From an uncultured Candidatus Rokubacteria bacterium (GTDB lineage Bacteria; Methylomirabilota; Methylomirabilia; Rokubacteriales; CSP1-6): DNA of 64,000 nt. This document shows positions 20,355 through 30,785 of the stretch, one piece after another. The position numbers and the translations under genes were made by a program. Each line of letters opens with the position of its first letter. Position 1 is the first letter of the stretch. Under the pieces are notes generated by a model. That model saw only the letters and a program-made list of their open reading frames with translations. It did not search any database and was not told the DNA's origin. Location of the stretch: contig CAVYTA010000005.1 of the NCBI GenBank assembly GCA_963771355.1, positions 320,001 through 384,000 on the forward strand. Reading direction: 5' to 3'.

Positions 20355-21464
20355 ATGAAAATCAGCGACGTCACGCTCACGCTGTTCTCCTGGGAGGGAA
20401 TTCCGGCCACCCAGTACGGCCGCCACACCGGCACCTTCTCGGGGAAGAGCGAGCTGGGCCTTCTCGCGATCCGCACCGATGATGGGGTGGTGGGCCACGC
20501 CTTCCTGGGCTCCGCGATGCGCGGCGCGCGCTTCGACGGCGAGTCGCTGATCCACTACCTCAAGCCGGTGGTGATGGGGCAGGATCCTCTCGAGCGCGAG
20601 CGGCTCTGGCAAGCGCTCTGGCAGAAGAATCGGAACACCACCCTGCGCGCCATCGGCGCGGTGGACATCGCGCTCTGGGATATTGCCGGAAAAGTAGCCG
20701 GCCTGCCCATTCACCGGCTGCTCGGCTCCTACCGCGACCAGATTCCCGCCTACGCGAGCTCCGCGGTGCTGGCCTCGCCCGAGGCGTATGCGGAGGAGGC
20801 CGCCCACTTCAAGGCGACAGGCTGGCGCGCCTACAAGATCCATCCGCCCACCGACCCCGTCAAGGACATCGCCGTCTGCCGCGCGGTGCGGAAGGCGGTG
20901 GGCGACGATTTCACCGTGATGCTCGACTCGACCTGGGCCTACCAGTACCCGGAGGCCCTGCGAGTGGGGAAGGCCATCGAGGAGCTGGGCTTTCACTGGT
21001 ACGAGGATCCCCTCGCGGACGACGACCTCTACAACTATGTGAAGCTCAAGCAGCAGCTCACCATCCCCATCCTCGCCACCGAATACGCCCCGGGCGGCTT
21101 CACCGCGCTCGTGCCCTGGCTCACCGAGCGGGCCACCGACTATCTGCGCGGCGACCCCGCGGTGAAGGGCGGGATCACCCCGCTGGTCAAGACCGCCCAC
21201 CTCGCGGAGGCGTTCCACATGAACTTCGAGGTGCATCACGGCGGCAACTCGCTCAACAACGTGGCCAACCTTCACGTGATCATGGCCATCCGCAATACCG
21301 AGTTCTTCGAGGTGCTGCTGCCGGCGGGCGCGCAGAAGTTCGGATTGGTGGACGACATCGAGGTGGACGGGAACGGGCTGGTGCACGCGCTGAACGCCCC
21401 CGGCCTCGGCGCCACCATCGACTTCGCCCGCATCGACCGGCAGAAAATCGCAGTGCTGGGCTAG
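20355..21464 (+). CDS. Mandelate racemase/muconate lactonizing enzyme family (enolase superfamily)
   Basis: [38 protein letters not shown] metal ligands. Confidence 0.9.
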   Translation: MKISDVTLTLFSWEGIPATQYGRHTGTFSGKSELGLLAIRTDDGVVGHAFLGSAMRGARFDGESLIHYLKPVVMGQDPLERERLWQALWQKNRNTTLRAIGAVDIALWDIAGKVAGLPIHRLLGSYRDQIPAYASSAVLASPEAYAEEAAHFKATGWRAYKIHPPTDPVKDIAVCRAVRKAVGDDFTVMLDSTWAYQYPEALRVGKAIEELGFHWYEDPLADDDLYNYVKLKQQLTIPILATEYAPGGFTALVPWLTERATDYLRGDPAVKGGITPLVKTAHLAEAFHMNFEVHHGGNSLNNVANLHVIMAIRNTEFFEVLLPAGAQKFGLVDDIEVDGNGLVHALNAPGLGATIDFARIDRQKIAVLG

Positions 21465-21493
21465 CAGTGCCGAGCTAGAGGAGGAGAGCGACC

Positions 21494-22369
21494 ATGCGCG
21501 GAGGCAACTTCGACCGGAGCGCCCAGGACGTCGGCAATATCGTCTTTCTCGAGCACGTCAACGTGCGCGTGCCCGACCAGGTGATCGCCACCCGCTTCTA
21601 CATCGCGGGGCTCGGCCTCACGCGCGATCCCTACCTCATGGTGAGCACGGAGAACATGTGGGCCAATGCCGGGCAGTCGCAGTTCCACCTGCCCACCGGC
21701 GCGCCCAACGTGCTGCCGGGTCACGTGGAGCTGGTGGTGCCGGACCTGGGCGCCCTGCGCGAGCGGCTGGAGGAGGTCCGCAGCAAGCTGGCCGGCACCG
21801 AGTTCGCCTTCGCGAACGAGGACAAGCACGTCCGCGTCACCTGCCCGTGGGGCAATACGTTCCGCTGCTTCGCCCCCGCGCCCGAGTTCGGCGACGTCAC
21901 CCTCGGCCTGGCCCGGGTGGAAGTGCCGGTGCGTCCCGGCACCGCTGCCGGCATCGCCCGCTTCTACCAAACGGTTTTCTCCGCCCCCGGGGCGGTCACC
22001 GGCAACGGCGGCAGCGCCGCGGCTCGTATCCGCATCGGCCAGCTCCGCCAGGAGCTGGTGTTCCGCGAGACGGCGGGGGACATCCGCCCCTTCGATGGCC
22101 ATCACATCGCCGTGTACATCGCCGACTTCTCGGGGCCGCACGGCCGCCTCAAGGAGCGCGGGCTCGTCTCCGAGGAGAGCAGCGACATCCAGTATCGCTT
22201 CCAGGAGATCGTGGATCTGGACTCCGGCGCCCCGCTCGCCACTCTCGAGCACGAGGTGCGCTGCCTCACCCATCCGATGTATTTCCGACCGCTGATCAAC
22301 CGCAATCCCGGCCAGCGCCAGCCCACCTATGCCCGGGGCCGCGACGCCTTCTATCCCGGGTTGAGCTGA
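21494..22369 (+). CDS. Glyoxalase/VOC-like conserved protein
   Basis: [11 protein letters not shown]...[23 protein letters not shown]. Confidence 0.65.
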   Translation: MRGGNFDRSAQDVGNIVFLEHVNVRVPDQVIATRFYIAGLGLTRDPYLMVSTENMWANAGQSQFHLPTGAPNVLPGHVELVVPDLGALRERLEEVRSKLAGTEFAFANEDKHVRVTCPWGNTFRCFAPAPEFGDVTLGLARVEVPVRPGTAAGIARFYQTVFSAPGAVTGNGGSAAARIRIGQLRQELVFRETAGDIRPFDGHHIAVYIADFSGPHGRLKERGLVSEESSDIQYRFQEIVDLDSGAPLATLEHEVRCLTHPMYFRPLINRNPGQRQPTYARGRDAFYPGLS

Positions 22370-22398
22370 GCGTTCCAAGAAAGGACCAGAAAAGACCC

Positions 22399-23079
22399 AT
22401 GATGCGTATCGTTCTCACCTGCGCGCTGGCCCTCGTGCTCGCCCTGCCGACGGGCGCGCGCGCCGCCGCGCCCGAGCTGAAGACCGAGGAGCAGAAGACC
22501 CTCTATACCCTGGGACTCCTGATCAGCCGCAGCCTGGGCGCCTTCAGCTTGAGCGAGGCCGAGCTGGCGCTGGTCCAGGCGGGGGTGGCGGATGGGGTGC
22601 TGAAGAAAGAGCAGAAGCTGGACGTCCAGGTCTATGGTCCCAAGGTGAAGGAGCTGCAGGAGGCGCGCCTCGCCGCATCGTCCGTGACCGAGAAGAAGGT
22701 GGGGCAGACGTATCTCGACAAGGCGGCGGCGGAGAAGGGTGCCGTCCGCACTCCCTCCGGCCTCATCGTCACCACCGTCAAGCCGGGCACGGGCGCGTCC
22801 CCGAAGCCCACCGATACCGTGAAGGTGCACTATCACGGCACCCTCACCGACGGCACCGTGTTCGACAGCAGCGTGCAACGCAAGGAGCCCGCCTCGTTCC
22901 CGCTGAATCAGGTGATCCCGTGCTGGACCGAGGGCGTGCAGACCATGAAGGTGGGCGGCAAGAGCCGGTTCGTCTGCCCGTCCACCATCGCCTACGGCGA
23001 CCGCGGCGCCCCGCCCACGATCAAGCCCGGCGCCACCCTCGTCTTCGAGGTGGAGCTGCTCGAGATCGTCAAGCCCTAG
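22399..23079 (+). CDS. Exported FKBP-type peptidyl-prolyl isomerase (FkpA/Mip-like)
   Basis: Signal peptide; [40 protein letters not shown]. Confidence 0.93.
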   Translation: MMRIVLTCALALVLALPTGARAAAPELKTEEQKTLYTLGLLISRSLGAFSLSEAELALVQAGVADGVLKKEQKLDVQVYGPKVKELQEARLAASSVTEKKVGQTYLDKAAAEKGAVRTPSGLIVTTVKPGTGASPKPTDTVKVHYHGTLTDGTVFDSSVQRKEPASFPLNQVIPCWTEGVQTMKVGGKSRFVCPSTIAYGDRGAPPTIKPGATLVFEVELLEIVKP

Positions 23080-23104
23080 TGCCGGGCGGCAGGGCAAGCG
23101 CGTA

Positions 23105-23944
23105 GTGCCCGAGCTGCCCGAGGTGGAGGCGGCCCGCGCGCTCATCCAGCGTGTGGCCCGCGGCCGCCGCATCACGTCGGTGCAATGCGCGCCCGACCCC
23201 ATCGTCTTCGAGGGCGTGAGCCCGGCGCGCTTCGCCCGCGCGCTGCGGGGGCGGCGCGTGACGGCGGTGCGGCGGCACGGCAAGCACCTCTGGCTCGAGC
23301 TGGACCGCCGGCCCTGGCCCATCTTCCACTTCGGGATGACGGGCGGCTTCCATGCTCCCGCCGGCGGCGGTGTGCGCCTGATCGCCCACGGACGCCGCGA
23401 CCCCGCCGCGCAGTGGCCGCCGCGCTTCACCAAGCTGCATCTCACCTTCGAGGGCGGCGGCGAGCTCGCCCTGGCCGACGGCCGGCGGCTGGGGCGCATC
23501 CGCCTGCGCGAGGATCCGCGCGCGGAGTCGCCCATCAGCCTGCTCGGCTGGGACGCCCACCGGGAGCTTCCGCCGCCGGCGAAGTTCCGGGCCATGCTCC
23601 GCGCGCGGCGCGCGCCCATCAAGGCGGTGCTGCTCGATCAGGGATTCGCGGCGGGGGTGGGGAACTGGATCGCCGATGAGGTGCTCTACCAGGCGCGCAT
23701 CGCCCCGTCGCGGCGCGCCCATACCCTGACCGCCGCCGAGGCCGGGCGCGTGCGCGCGTCCTTGCGATCAATCGTCGCCACCGCGGTGGCGGCGCGCTCG
23801 GACCACGCGCGCTTTCCGCGCGGCTGGCTCTTCCATCACCGCTGGGGACGGAACGCCGAGGCCCGCACCGCGCGCGGCGAGAGGATCCGGCACATCACCG
23901 TGGGCGGGCGCACCACCGCCTGGGTACCTACCGTGCAGCGCTGA
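23105..23944 (+). CDS. Fpg/Nei family DNA glycosylase, zinc-finger-less type
   Basis: MPELPEVE, RHGKHL, HFGMTG, H2TH IKAVLLDQ...GVGNWIADEVLY; C-terminus has no Cys. Confidence 0.92.
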   Translation: MPELPEVEAARALIQRVARGRRITSVQCAPDPIVFEGVSPARFARALRGRRVTAVRRHGKHLWLELDRRPWPIFHFGMTGGFHAPAGGGVRLIAHGRRDPAAQWPPRFTKLHLTFEGGGELALADGRRLGRIRLREDPRAESPISLLGWDAHRELPPPAKFRAMLRARRAPIKAVLLDQGFAAGVGNWIADEVLYQARIAPSRRAHTLTAAEAGRVRASLRSIVATAVAARSDHARFPRGWLFHHRWGRNAEARTARGERIRHITVGGRTTAWVPTVQR

Positions 23945-25183
23945 ATGTTCTTCGGCTGGGTGGTCGTCCTCGTCGCGTTCGCGATCGCCACCTTCGGCTG
24001 GGGGCTCGGCTTCTACGGCCTCGGGATCTACCTCGTCGAGCTGCACCGGCAGCACGGCTGGCCCATCGCCTTCATCTCCTCCGCCATCACCGGCTACTAC
24101 ATCGTGGGCGGCGTGCTGGTGATGTACCTGAGCGACTTCTTCGCGCGCTGGGGTCCGCGGCGCACCGTGCTCGTCGCGGTGGGCGCGATGGGGGTGGGCG
24201 TGCTCGGCGTGGCGGCCGCGACCCGTCCCTGGCAGCTCTACCTCGCGCTGGGCGCGATGGCGGTGGGCTGGGCGGGGATGAGCGGCGCCGCCGTCAACGC
24301 CATCGTCGCGCCCTGGTTCGAGCGCAAGCGCGGGATGGCGGTGAGCCTGGCCATGAACGGCGCCAGCGCGGGTGGGGTGCTGCTGGTGCCGCTCTGGACC
24401 GTGCTCATCGCCCGCCTGGGCTTCGCCCACGCGGCGCTCGTGGTGGTGGGCCTGATGCTGGCGCTGCTGTGGCCCTTTGTCGCGGTGTGCCTGCACCGGG
24501 GGCCGGAGGCCATCGGGCTCGGCCCGGATGGGATCGCCGCTTCCGCCGGGCGCGCCGGGAGCGGCGCACCCGCTCCTCGCGCCGCGATGGCGCCGCTTTC
24601 ACGCGCCGCGCTGCTGCGCTCCCTTCACTTCTGGTCGGTGTCGGGGACGTTTGCCTTCGCCCTGCTCGCGCAGGTGGGCTTTCTCACTCATCAGCTCACC
24701 TTCCTCAACCCGGCGCTGGGCCTGGAGCGGGCCGCGCTCGCGGTGAGCTTGACCACCATCGCGGCCATCGTGGGCCGGGTGGGCACCGGCTTCTTCATCG
24801 ATCGAATCGATCGCCGCGTCGCCACCGCGTGCAATCTCGCCGTCCAGGCGGCGGCGCTGGCGCTGATGCTGGTGTGGCCGTCGCCGGCCATGCTCTTCAT
24901 CGGCAGCGCGCTCTACGGCCTCGGGGTGGGCAACATGGTGACCTTCCCCTCGCTGATCGTGCAGGTGGAGTTTCCGCGGGAGTCCTTCAACCAGGTGGTG
25001 GGGCTGGTGCTCGCCGTCAACCAGTTCACCTTCGCCTTCGGACCCGGGATCCTCGGCTGGGCGCGGGACCGCTGGGGCTCCTACGATGCGGCGCTGCTCA
25101 TCTGCATCGCCTGGGAGCTGGCCGCCGCGGCGGTGGTGTTGCTGGGCATGCGCGGGGCGCGGCGGGCGGCGTCCTACTGCTGA
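23945..25183 (+). CDS. MFS transporter (OFA/MCT-like)
   Basis: About 12 hydrophobic segments; FFGWVVV, WFERKRGMA. Confidence 0.88.
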   Translation: MFFGWVVVLVAFAIATFGWGLGFYGLGIYLVELHRQHGWPIAFISSAITGYYIVGGVLVMYLSDFFARWGPRRTVLVAVGAMGVGVLGVAAATRPWQLYLALGAMAVGWAGMSGAAVNAIVAPWFERKRGMAVSLAMNGASAGGVLLVPLWTVLIARLGFAHAALVVVGLMLALLWPFVAVCLHRGPEAIGLGPDGIAASAGRAGSGAPAPRAAMAPLSRAALLRSLHFWSVSGTFAFALLAQVGFLTHQLTFLNPALGLERAALAVSLTTIAAIVGRVGTGFFIDRIDRRVATACNLAVQAAALALMLVWPSPAMLFIGSALYGLGVGNMVTFPSLIVQVEFPRESFNQVVGLVLAVNQFTFAFGPGILGWARDRWGSYDAALLICIAWELAAAAVVLLGMRGARRAASYC

Positions 25184-26102
25184 TGCGCGAGCGGGGCGCC
25201 CGCCACCGGACACCGCGCGTGGAGCACGTAATCCTTCCGCACGCTGCCGATGTAGAGATCGCGAAGATCGGGCCCGCCCCAGGTGACGTTCGTCGGCCAG
25301 TCCATCAGGTCGCCGGTGGGATCGTGGATGATGACCTCGACCTTGCCCGCGGGTGTGATGGCGATGACCTTGTTGGCCATCACCAGGGTTACCCAGAGAT
25401 TGCCCTCCTGGTCGAAGCCGCAGCCGTCGGTGGCCCCGAAGGTGGCGCGCTGCTCGAGAGTGGGATCGGGGATGGCGCGCTCGCCGAGCAAGGGCCCGTA
25501 GCGCTCGCGCACTCCCAGCGTGCCGTCGCGGCGGATGGGGAGCCGCACCACGTCCTGGCCCATGGTCTGGCAGACGTAGAGGTGCGACTCGTCGGGGTCC
25601 ATGGCGAGGCCATTGGTGAAGTGAAAGCCCTCGGCCACGAGCTGCGCGCGGCCGTCGGGGCTCACGCGATAGACGAAGCCGTCGCCCGAGCCCGCCGCGG
25701 CCCCCGCGCGGTCCCAGGTGGAGTGGCTGCACCAGACATTGCCCGCTCGGTCGACGAGGGGATAGTTCGAGGCCTTGAGCGGGCGGCCGTTCAGCTCACC
25801 GCAGAGCGCCTCGATCGCGCCAGTGTGGGGATCCAGGCGCTGGAGTCCTCCGGGGTCGGGCGTATCGAGGGCGAAGTTGGCGATGAGGATTCGGCCCTCG
25901 ACGATCCATGTTGATGCCGTTGGGGCGGCCGCCCGCCTTGCCCACGCGACGGAGGGTGCCGTCGGCGAGGATCTCGGCGCAGGCGCTCGCCTCGTCCGAA
26001 GCCCAGACGTGCCCGTCGCGGCTCACCACCACGTCCTCGGGACGCTTGAGGCCCACGCCTCGCTTCGTCAAGGCGGAGAGGGGGATCGGTCGTCAGCGGC
26101 AT
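25174..26102 (-). CDS. SMP-30/gluconolactonase family protein (frameshifts near 26085 and 25900)
   Basis: GLKRPEDVVV, PNGINMD, FTNGLAM, TDGCGFDQEGNLWV, PTNVTWGGPDLRDLYI distributed over three frames. Confidence 0.8.
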
Positions 26103-26103
26103 G

Positions 26104-27435
26104 TCATCGGCCCTCGTAGACTTCGCGCCGCGCCATGCCGCGCTGAAGCTCCAGATAGCCTTCGCGGGTGAGCGGGCGCTTCGCGTTCCCGAGCACCTCG
26201 CGCGCGCCGGCGGCGCCGTCGGCGAGCATGTCCACCACCATGCCGGCGAGCGCCTTGGCCTGGCCCACATAGGCGAGGTCCGGATCCGCGATGCGGTAGT
26301 CCACCGCGTGGCCGTGACCCGAGGCCCCGCCCATGTAGGGATGCAGGCAGGGGATGACCTGGCTCAGATCGCCCATGTCGGTGGAGCCGGTGCGATGCCC
26401 CAGCTCGATGACATTCGACTCGCCCCACAGCGCCACCGCGGAGTCGCGGAAGTAGCGCGCCATGGTCGGGTCGCAGTCGAGCGGCAGATAGCCGGGGAAG
26501 GTCTCGATCTCCACGGTGGCGCCCAGCGCGAGCGCGCCCGCGCGCAGCGCGCGGTCCACCTTGGCGTTGGCCTCGATGATGGCGGGCAGGGTGCGTCCGC
26601 GCACATAGGTCTCGATGCGCGCCTCCGCCGGGATCACGTTCACCTGGGAGCCGCCCGCGGTGAGGATGGGATGGACGCGAATGGTGTCCTCGTCACGGAA
26701 CGTCTCGCGTAGCGCGTTGATGGCCATGAGGCCGATATTGGCGGCATAGAGCGCGTTGATCCCCAGGTGCGGCGCCCCGCCGGCGTGCGCGGCGCGGCCG
26801 ATATAGCGCGCCAGCTTGCCGACCCGGCCGTTGTTCGACAGGGGCACGCTGGCCTTGCCGTCCTCCGCGCGCGGGGTGAGGTGGATCATCATGGCCAGGT
26901 CCACGTCGTCGAAGTGACCGAGCCGCAGCAGCTCCGCCTTGCCGCCCAGCAGCTCGAGGCGTCCCGCCTTGACCTGGCTCACGCGCCACTCGAGATCGCC
27001 GCCTTCCTCCGCGGGCACGGCGAAGAAGGTAGCGCGCCCGGCGAGATGCTCGAACGCCTTGGCATCGAGCAGGCCCATGGCCGCGCCCAGCATCGCGGCT
27101 ACCTGCGCGTTGTGGCCGCAGGCATGGGCCGCGCCGGTCTGAGGATCGGCGTCGGGATGGCCCGGCACGCGGAGCCCGTCCAGCTCGCCCAGCACCGCGA
27201 AGGTGGGCCCCGGTCCCTGGGCGCCGGACACGTCCGCGCGCACCCCGGTGAAGGCCAGGCCCGTGCGCGGAGACAATCCGAGGCCGCGCATCGTGTCCTC
27301 GACGAGCCGCGCGGTCTTGACTTCCTTGAAGCCCAGCTCGGGATTCGTCCGGATGCGCTCGCCGATGGCGATGATCTCGGGCGCGCGACGGTCGATGGCC
27401 TCGAGGATGCGGGCCTTGAGCTGGTCGCGGGTCAT
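26104..27435 (-). CDS. M20 family amidohydrolase
   Basis: NPELGFKE, GELDGL, AHACGHN, VPAEE, GSTDMGDLS. Confidence 0.9.
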   Translation of the reverse strand: MTRDQLKARILEAIDRRAPEIIAIGERIRTNPELGFKEVKTARLVEDTMRGLGLSPRTGLAFTGVRADVSGAQGPGPTFAVLGELDGLRVPGHPDADPQTGAAHACGHNAQVAAMLGAAMGLLDAKAFEHLAGRATFFAVPAEEGGDLEWRVSQVKAGRLELLGGKAELLRLGHFDDVDLAMMIHLTPRAEDGKASVPLSNNGRVGKLARYIGRAAHAGGAPHLGINALYAANIGLMAINALRETFRDEDTIRVHPILTAGGSQVNVIPAEARIETYVRGRTLPAIIEANAKVDRALRAGALALGATVEIETFPGYLPLDCDPTMARYFRDSAVALWGESNVIELGHRTGSTDMGDLSQVIPCLHPYMGGASGHGHAVDYRIADPDLAYVGQAKALAGMVVDMLADGAAGAREVLGNAKRPLTREGYLELQRGMARREVYEGR

Positions 27436-27470
27436 GGGATCTCCGTGCTCACCGGCGTGTTATAGCACGC

Positions 27471-27499
27471 TTGACGCGCGCGCGCGGGACCGCTACTGT
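27471..27499 (+). promoter_or_regulatory. sigma70-type promoter
   Basis: TTGACG-N17-TACTGT, about 55 bp upstream of the 27554 start. Confidence 0.55.
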
Positions 27500-27553
27500 C
27501 GCTCCGTCATTGCCTCGTGACCGCGTCGCCCACCTTCACCCGAGGAGCCACCC

Positions 27554-28456
27554 ATGGCCGACTCGAAGCTGCCGACTCAGGACCGCGTCGAAGCCTATTT
27601 CAAGGAGCTGAACAACTGGGGCCGCTGGGGACATGACGACCAGAAGGGCACGGTGAATCTGATCACGCCCGCCAAGCAGGCGCAGGCCCAGACCCTCATC
27701 AAGAAGGGCCGTACGGTGTCGCTCGCGCGGGACATCGGGCCCCAGCCCGTCCTCATGTATCACGCGACCTTCCCCTCGAAGCGCGAGCGCGTGGACGTGG
27801 TGCTGGACCGCTTCGACCTCGTCTATCACGGCTTCACCATCACCCACATCGACGCGCTCTGTCACGTGGCCTGGGACGGCGAGCTCTACAATGGGCGGCC
27901 TTTCGGGGACAGCCTGAGCGCGGCCGGCGCCACCTGGTGCCCCATCGACCCGCTCTTCGACGGCATCACCACCCGCGGCGTCTTTCTCGACGTGGCGGCG
28001 GGACGCAAGGAAGGCTATGTGAAGGCCGGCGAGCCGGTGACGCCGAAGGAGCTGGACGCGGTGGCCGCGCGCGCGGGAGTGAAGGTGCAGCCGGGGGACG
28101 TGGTGGTGGTGCGCAGCGGCAACGAGGCGTTTCTCACGGCGCATCCGAACTTCGTGTTCCGCGTGGACCCGCATCCGGGGCTGCACCTGTCCTGCCTCGA
28201 GTGGTTTCGTGAGAAGGATATTGCGGCTATCTCGTGGGACATGATGGACGAGCGCCCCAGCGGCTATGGCGGCTTCGGCATGAGCACGCATCTGGCCATC
28301 CCCTTCCTGGGGCTGGCCCTGGTGGACAATACCTATCCCGAGCGGCTCGCCAAGGTCTGCGCGGAGGAGGGACGGAACGAGTTCCTCTTCACCGCCACGC
28401 CGCTGCGGCTCATGGGCAGCACGGGCGCGCCCGCGCATCCCATCGCCATCTTCTGA
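27554..28456 (+). CDS. Cyclase family metal-dependent hydrolase (kynurenine formamidase-like)
   Basis: NNWGRWG, HGFTITHIDALCH, TRGVFLD, GSTGAPAHPIAIF. Confidence 0.88.
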   Translation: MADSKLPTQDRVEAYFKELNNWGRWGHDDQKGTVNLITPAKQAQAQTLIKKGRTVSLARDIGPQPVLMYHATFPSKRERVDVVLDRFDLVYHGFTITHIDALCHVAWDGELYNGRPFGDSLSAAGATWCPIDPLFDGITTRGVFLDVAAGRKEGYVKAGEPVTPKELDAVAARAGVKVQPGDVVVVRSGNEAFLTAHPNFVFRVDPHPGLHLSCLEWFREKDIAAISWDMMDERPSGYGGFGMSTHLAIPFLGLALVDNTYPERLAKVCAEEGRNEFLFTATPLRLMGSTGAPAHPIAIF

Positions 28457-28467
28457 GGAGACCGAGC

Positions 28468-29185
28468 ATGGACCGCAGCAAGAGCGTGGTGACGCCGGAG
28501 CGCTTCAAGTCCGGCCGGACCTTCGAGCAATACCTCGCCTACATCGGCACGCCGGAGAATCTCGCGCGCGAGGGCACCGGCGGCTCGAAGCGCCCGGACC
28601 ACTCGGCGGTGATGCGGGAGTGGTACGAGGGCAGCCGCCTCACCGACGCCCAGGCGGCGGCGTGGAAGTGGCTGGCCGCCCAGCCGGGCGGGCCGGCCAA
28701 GATCCTCGTGCTGTCGGAGGACTGGTCGTCCGATTGCCGGCGCGACGTGCCCATGCTGGCGCGGGTGGCCGAGGCCAGCGGCATGGAGCTGCGCATCTTC
28801 GACCGCGACGGGCAGAAGTTCGGCAAGACGGCCGATCCCCTGAGCGAGCCCGATCACGGGAAGAACGCGGACATCATGGCGGAGTTCATGAACGAGAAGA
28901 ACGGCGGCCGCTGGCAGTCCATCCCGGTGGTCGTGTTCTACGACAAGGATCAGCGGTACCTCTACCACTACACGGAGCTCCCGGCGATCTATCACAAGGA
29001 CCGCGTGGTGACGGAGAAGATCCGTGCCCCGCGCCCCGGCGAGACGCCCGGCGCAGACCGCGGAGCGCGCGGGGCGGGAGTTCGGCGCCTTCCAGAAGGC
29101 GCCCTTCTTCCGCCTGTGGGCGGGAGCGGGAATCGACGAGATGGCGAGCGCATTACACGAACGTCTGGTCATGGGGAGCCGATGA
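28468..29185 (+). CDS. Thioredoxin-fold protein (Thioredoxin_9-like, SxxC); frameshift near 29050
   Basis: VLSEDWSSDCRRDVP; cis-Pro motif QSIPVVVF. A shifted frame after ~29050 gives ...FFRLWAGAGIDEMASALHERLVMGSR-TGA. Confidence 0.75.
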
Positions 29186-29586
29186 TGCCCGAGAGCGAAG
29201 CCTACAAGAAGGGGCGCGAGATGCGGCGGAAGCTGCTCGGCGACGCCTATGTCGAGCGCGTGAACAAGAACACCTACGGCGACCAGATGATGACCCAGTT
29301 CATCGACCTCGCCCAGGAGAGCGTGTTCGGCACCATCTGGACACGCCCGGGGCTGGACCTGAAGACCCGGACCCTCGTCACCGTGGTGTCCGACGCCGCC
29401 ACCGGGCGCGAGCCCGAGCTCGCCATTCACCTGCGGATGGCGCTGCGCCAGGGCTGGACGGAGACCGAGCTGACCGAGACGCTCCTGCACCTGATGGGCT
29501 ACGTGGGCGCCCCGCTGGTGCGGGACGCCATGCTCGTGGCCCGCCAGACCTTCGCCGAGGTGAAGAAGGAAGCGGCGGGCGGCTAG
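29182..29586 (+). CDS. Carboxymuconolactone decarboxylase family protein
   Basis: KGREMRRKLLG, FGTIWTRPGLDLKTRTLVT, YVGAP. Confidence 0.88.
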   Translation: MMPESEAYKKGREMRRKLLGDAYVERVNKNTYGDQMMTQFIDLAQESVFGTIWTRPGLDLKTRTLVTVVSDAATGREPELAIHLRMALRQGWTETELTETLLHLMGYVGAPLVRDAMLVARQTFAEVKKEAAGG

Positions 29587-29594
29587 GGGGAGCG

Positions 29595-30023
29595 GTGGCG
29601 CTCACCCGTCTGACGCCCATGCTCCACGTGGCCGACGTGGCGCGGAGCTGGGCGTTCTATCGCGATGCCCTGGGCTTCACGCTGGTGTCGCCGGAGTCCG
29701 CGGTGACGGACTGGGGCTGGGCGCACATCCGCCGCGACGGCGTGGATCTCATGCTGGCCGGTGGGCTGGAGGGGGGCCCCATCCGGCGGCCGGGCGCTAC
29801 TTCCGCGGATTGGCCGGTGATGTTCTACTTCTACCCCGACGACGTCGAGTCGCTGCATCGCGCCCTCGGATCGCGCGGGGTAGAAGTGGGAACCCTGTGC
29901 GTCACCTTCTACCGGATGAAGGAGTTCTCGCTCCTCGATCCCGACGGCCACATGCTGACCTTCGGCCAGAACACTGACGAGCCGCCGACGCCCGAAGAGG
30001 ACGAGGCGCCGCCTAGCCCTTAG
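29595..30023 (+). CDS. VOC/glyoxalase (bleomycin-resistance-like) protein
   Basis: LTPMLHVADVARSWAFYRDALGF; EFSLLDPDGHMLTFG. Confidence 0.85.
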   Translation: MALTRLTPMLHVADVARSWAFYRDALGFTLVSPESAVTDWGWAHIRRDGVDLMLAGGLEGGPIRRPGATSADWPVMFYFYPDDVESLHRALGSRGVEVGTLCVTFYRMKEFSLLDPDGHMLTFGQNTDEPPTPEEDEAPPSP

Positions 30024-30592
30024 GCTCGCCGCCGCACCGCCATCGTGACCAGACCGAGCCCGAGCAGCACGAGCGTGGCCGGCAGCGGCACCGAGTTGAC
30101 GGTCGGCACCGGGACTACATCCTCCTCGGGACGGTCCTCCACCGTGAGGGTCAGGGTCGCGCCCCCGAAGAAGAAGTCGCCGGTGTCGGCCCCGAGGGTG
30201 ACGAGAAGGAGGTTATCGCTCAGTGCGTCCAGATCGGCCAGCGAGATCACGATGTCGTTCTGCACGTCTCCGTTCACCAGAATATCGTCGACGTCGAGCA
30301 CGAGGTCGATCTTCTCGCTTCCATCCGACCGTCCGAAGTCGTCCCAGACATCGAGCGTCAGCGTGGCGGCGGTGATGATCTCGTCCGCGCCCGGGACACC
30401 CGGGAAATCGAAGCTGAAGGCGTAGGCGGTAAGCGATGCCCCACCCTCGTTGCACGGCGCCGGCGCGTTGGCGCTCAGGCAAATCGGCGCGCCGGGCAGG
30501 GTATATGTAATGGTCGTCGCGCCCGCTCCGGCGGGAATCATCCCGGCCAGGCCGGCGAGCACGACCAGCATTCGACGAAGCACTTTTTGCAT
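30020..30592 (-). CDS. VPLPA/PEP-CTERM sorting-signal surface protein
   Basis: Signal peptide; acidic mature domain; C-terminal VPLPA-TLVLLGLGLVTMAV-RRRA. Confidence 0.85.
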   Translation of the reverse strand: MQKVLRRMLVVLAGLAGMIPAGAGATTITYTLPGAPICLSANAPAPCNEGGASLTAYAFSFDFPGVPGADEIITAATLTLDVWDDFGRSDGSEKIDLVLDVDDILVNGDVQNDIVISLADLDALSDNLLLVTLGADTGDFFFGGATLTLTVEDRPEEDVVPVPTVNSVPLPATLVLLGLGLVTMAVRRRA

Positions 30593-30638
30593 GACGTCTC
30601 CCCTTTTTCTTTGGTGGTGACAACTGGCCTGGTAGAGA

Positions 30639-30655
30639 GGCAAGGGCGGTGCCAG
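30639..30655 (-). promoter_or_regulatory. sigma54 promoter of the VPLPA-CTERM gene
   Basis: Minus strand CTGGCAC-CGCCC-TTGCC, matching TGGCAC-N5-TTGC. Confidence 0.75.
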
Positions 30656-30734
30656 AAGCAGGCCGGCGCGAAGCGACTGGCGGAATAGCTACTTGCCGGC
30701 CACGAAAGTCTTGCGCTGAGCTAACCGTCGGAGA

Positions 30735-30763
30735 GGCCGACAGGGCGGCGCCGTCGGCCCTAC
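30735..30763 (-). repeat. GTAG-type REP-like palindrome
   Basis: Minus strand GTAG-GGCCGAC-GGCGCCGCCCT-GTCGGCC. Confidence 0.5.
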
Positions 30764-30785
30764 CAAGCGTGGAGGGTCGGTCGGC

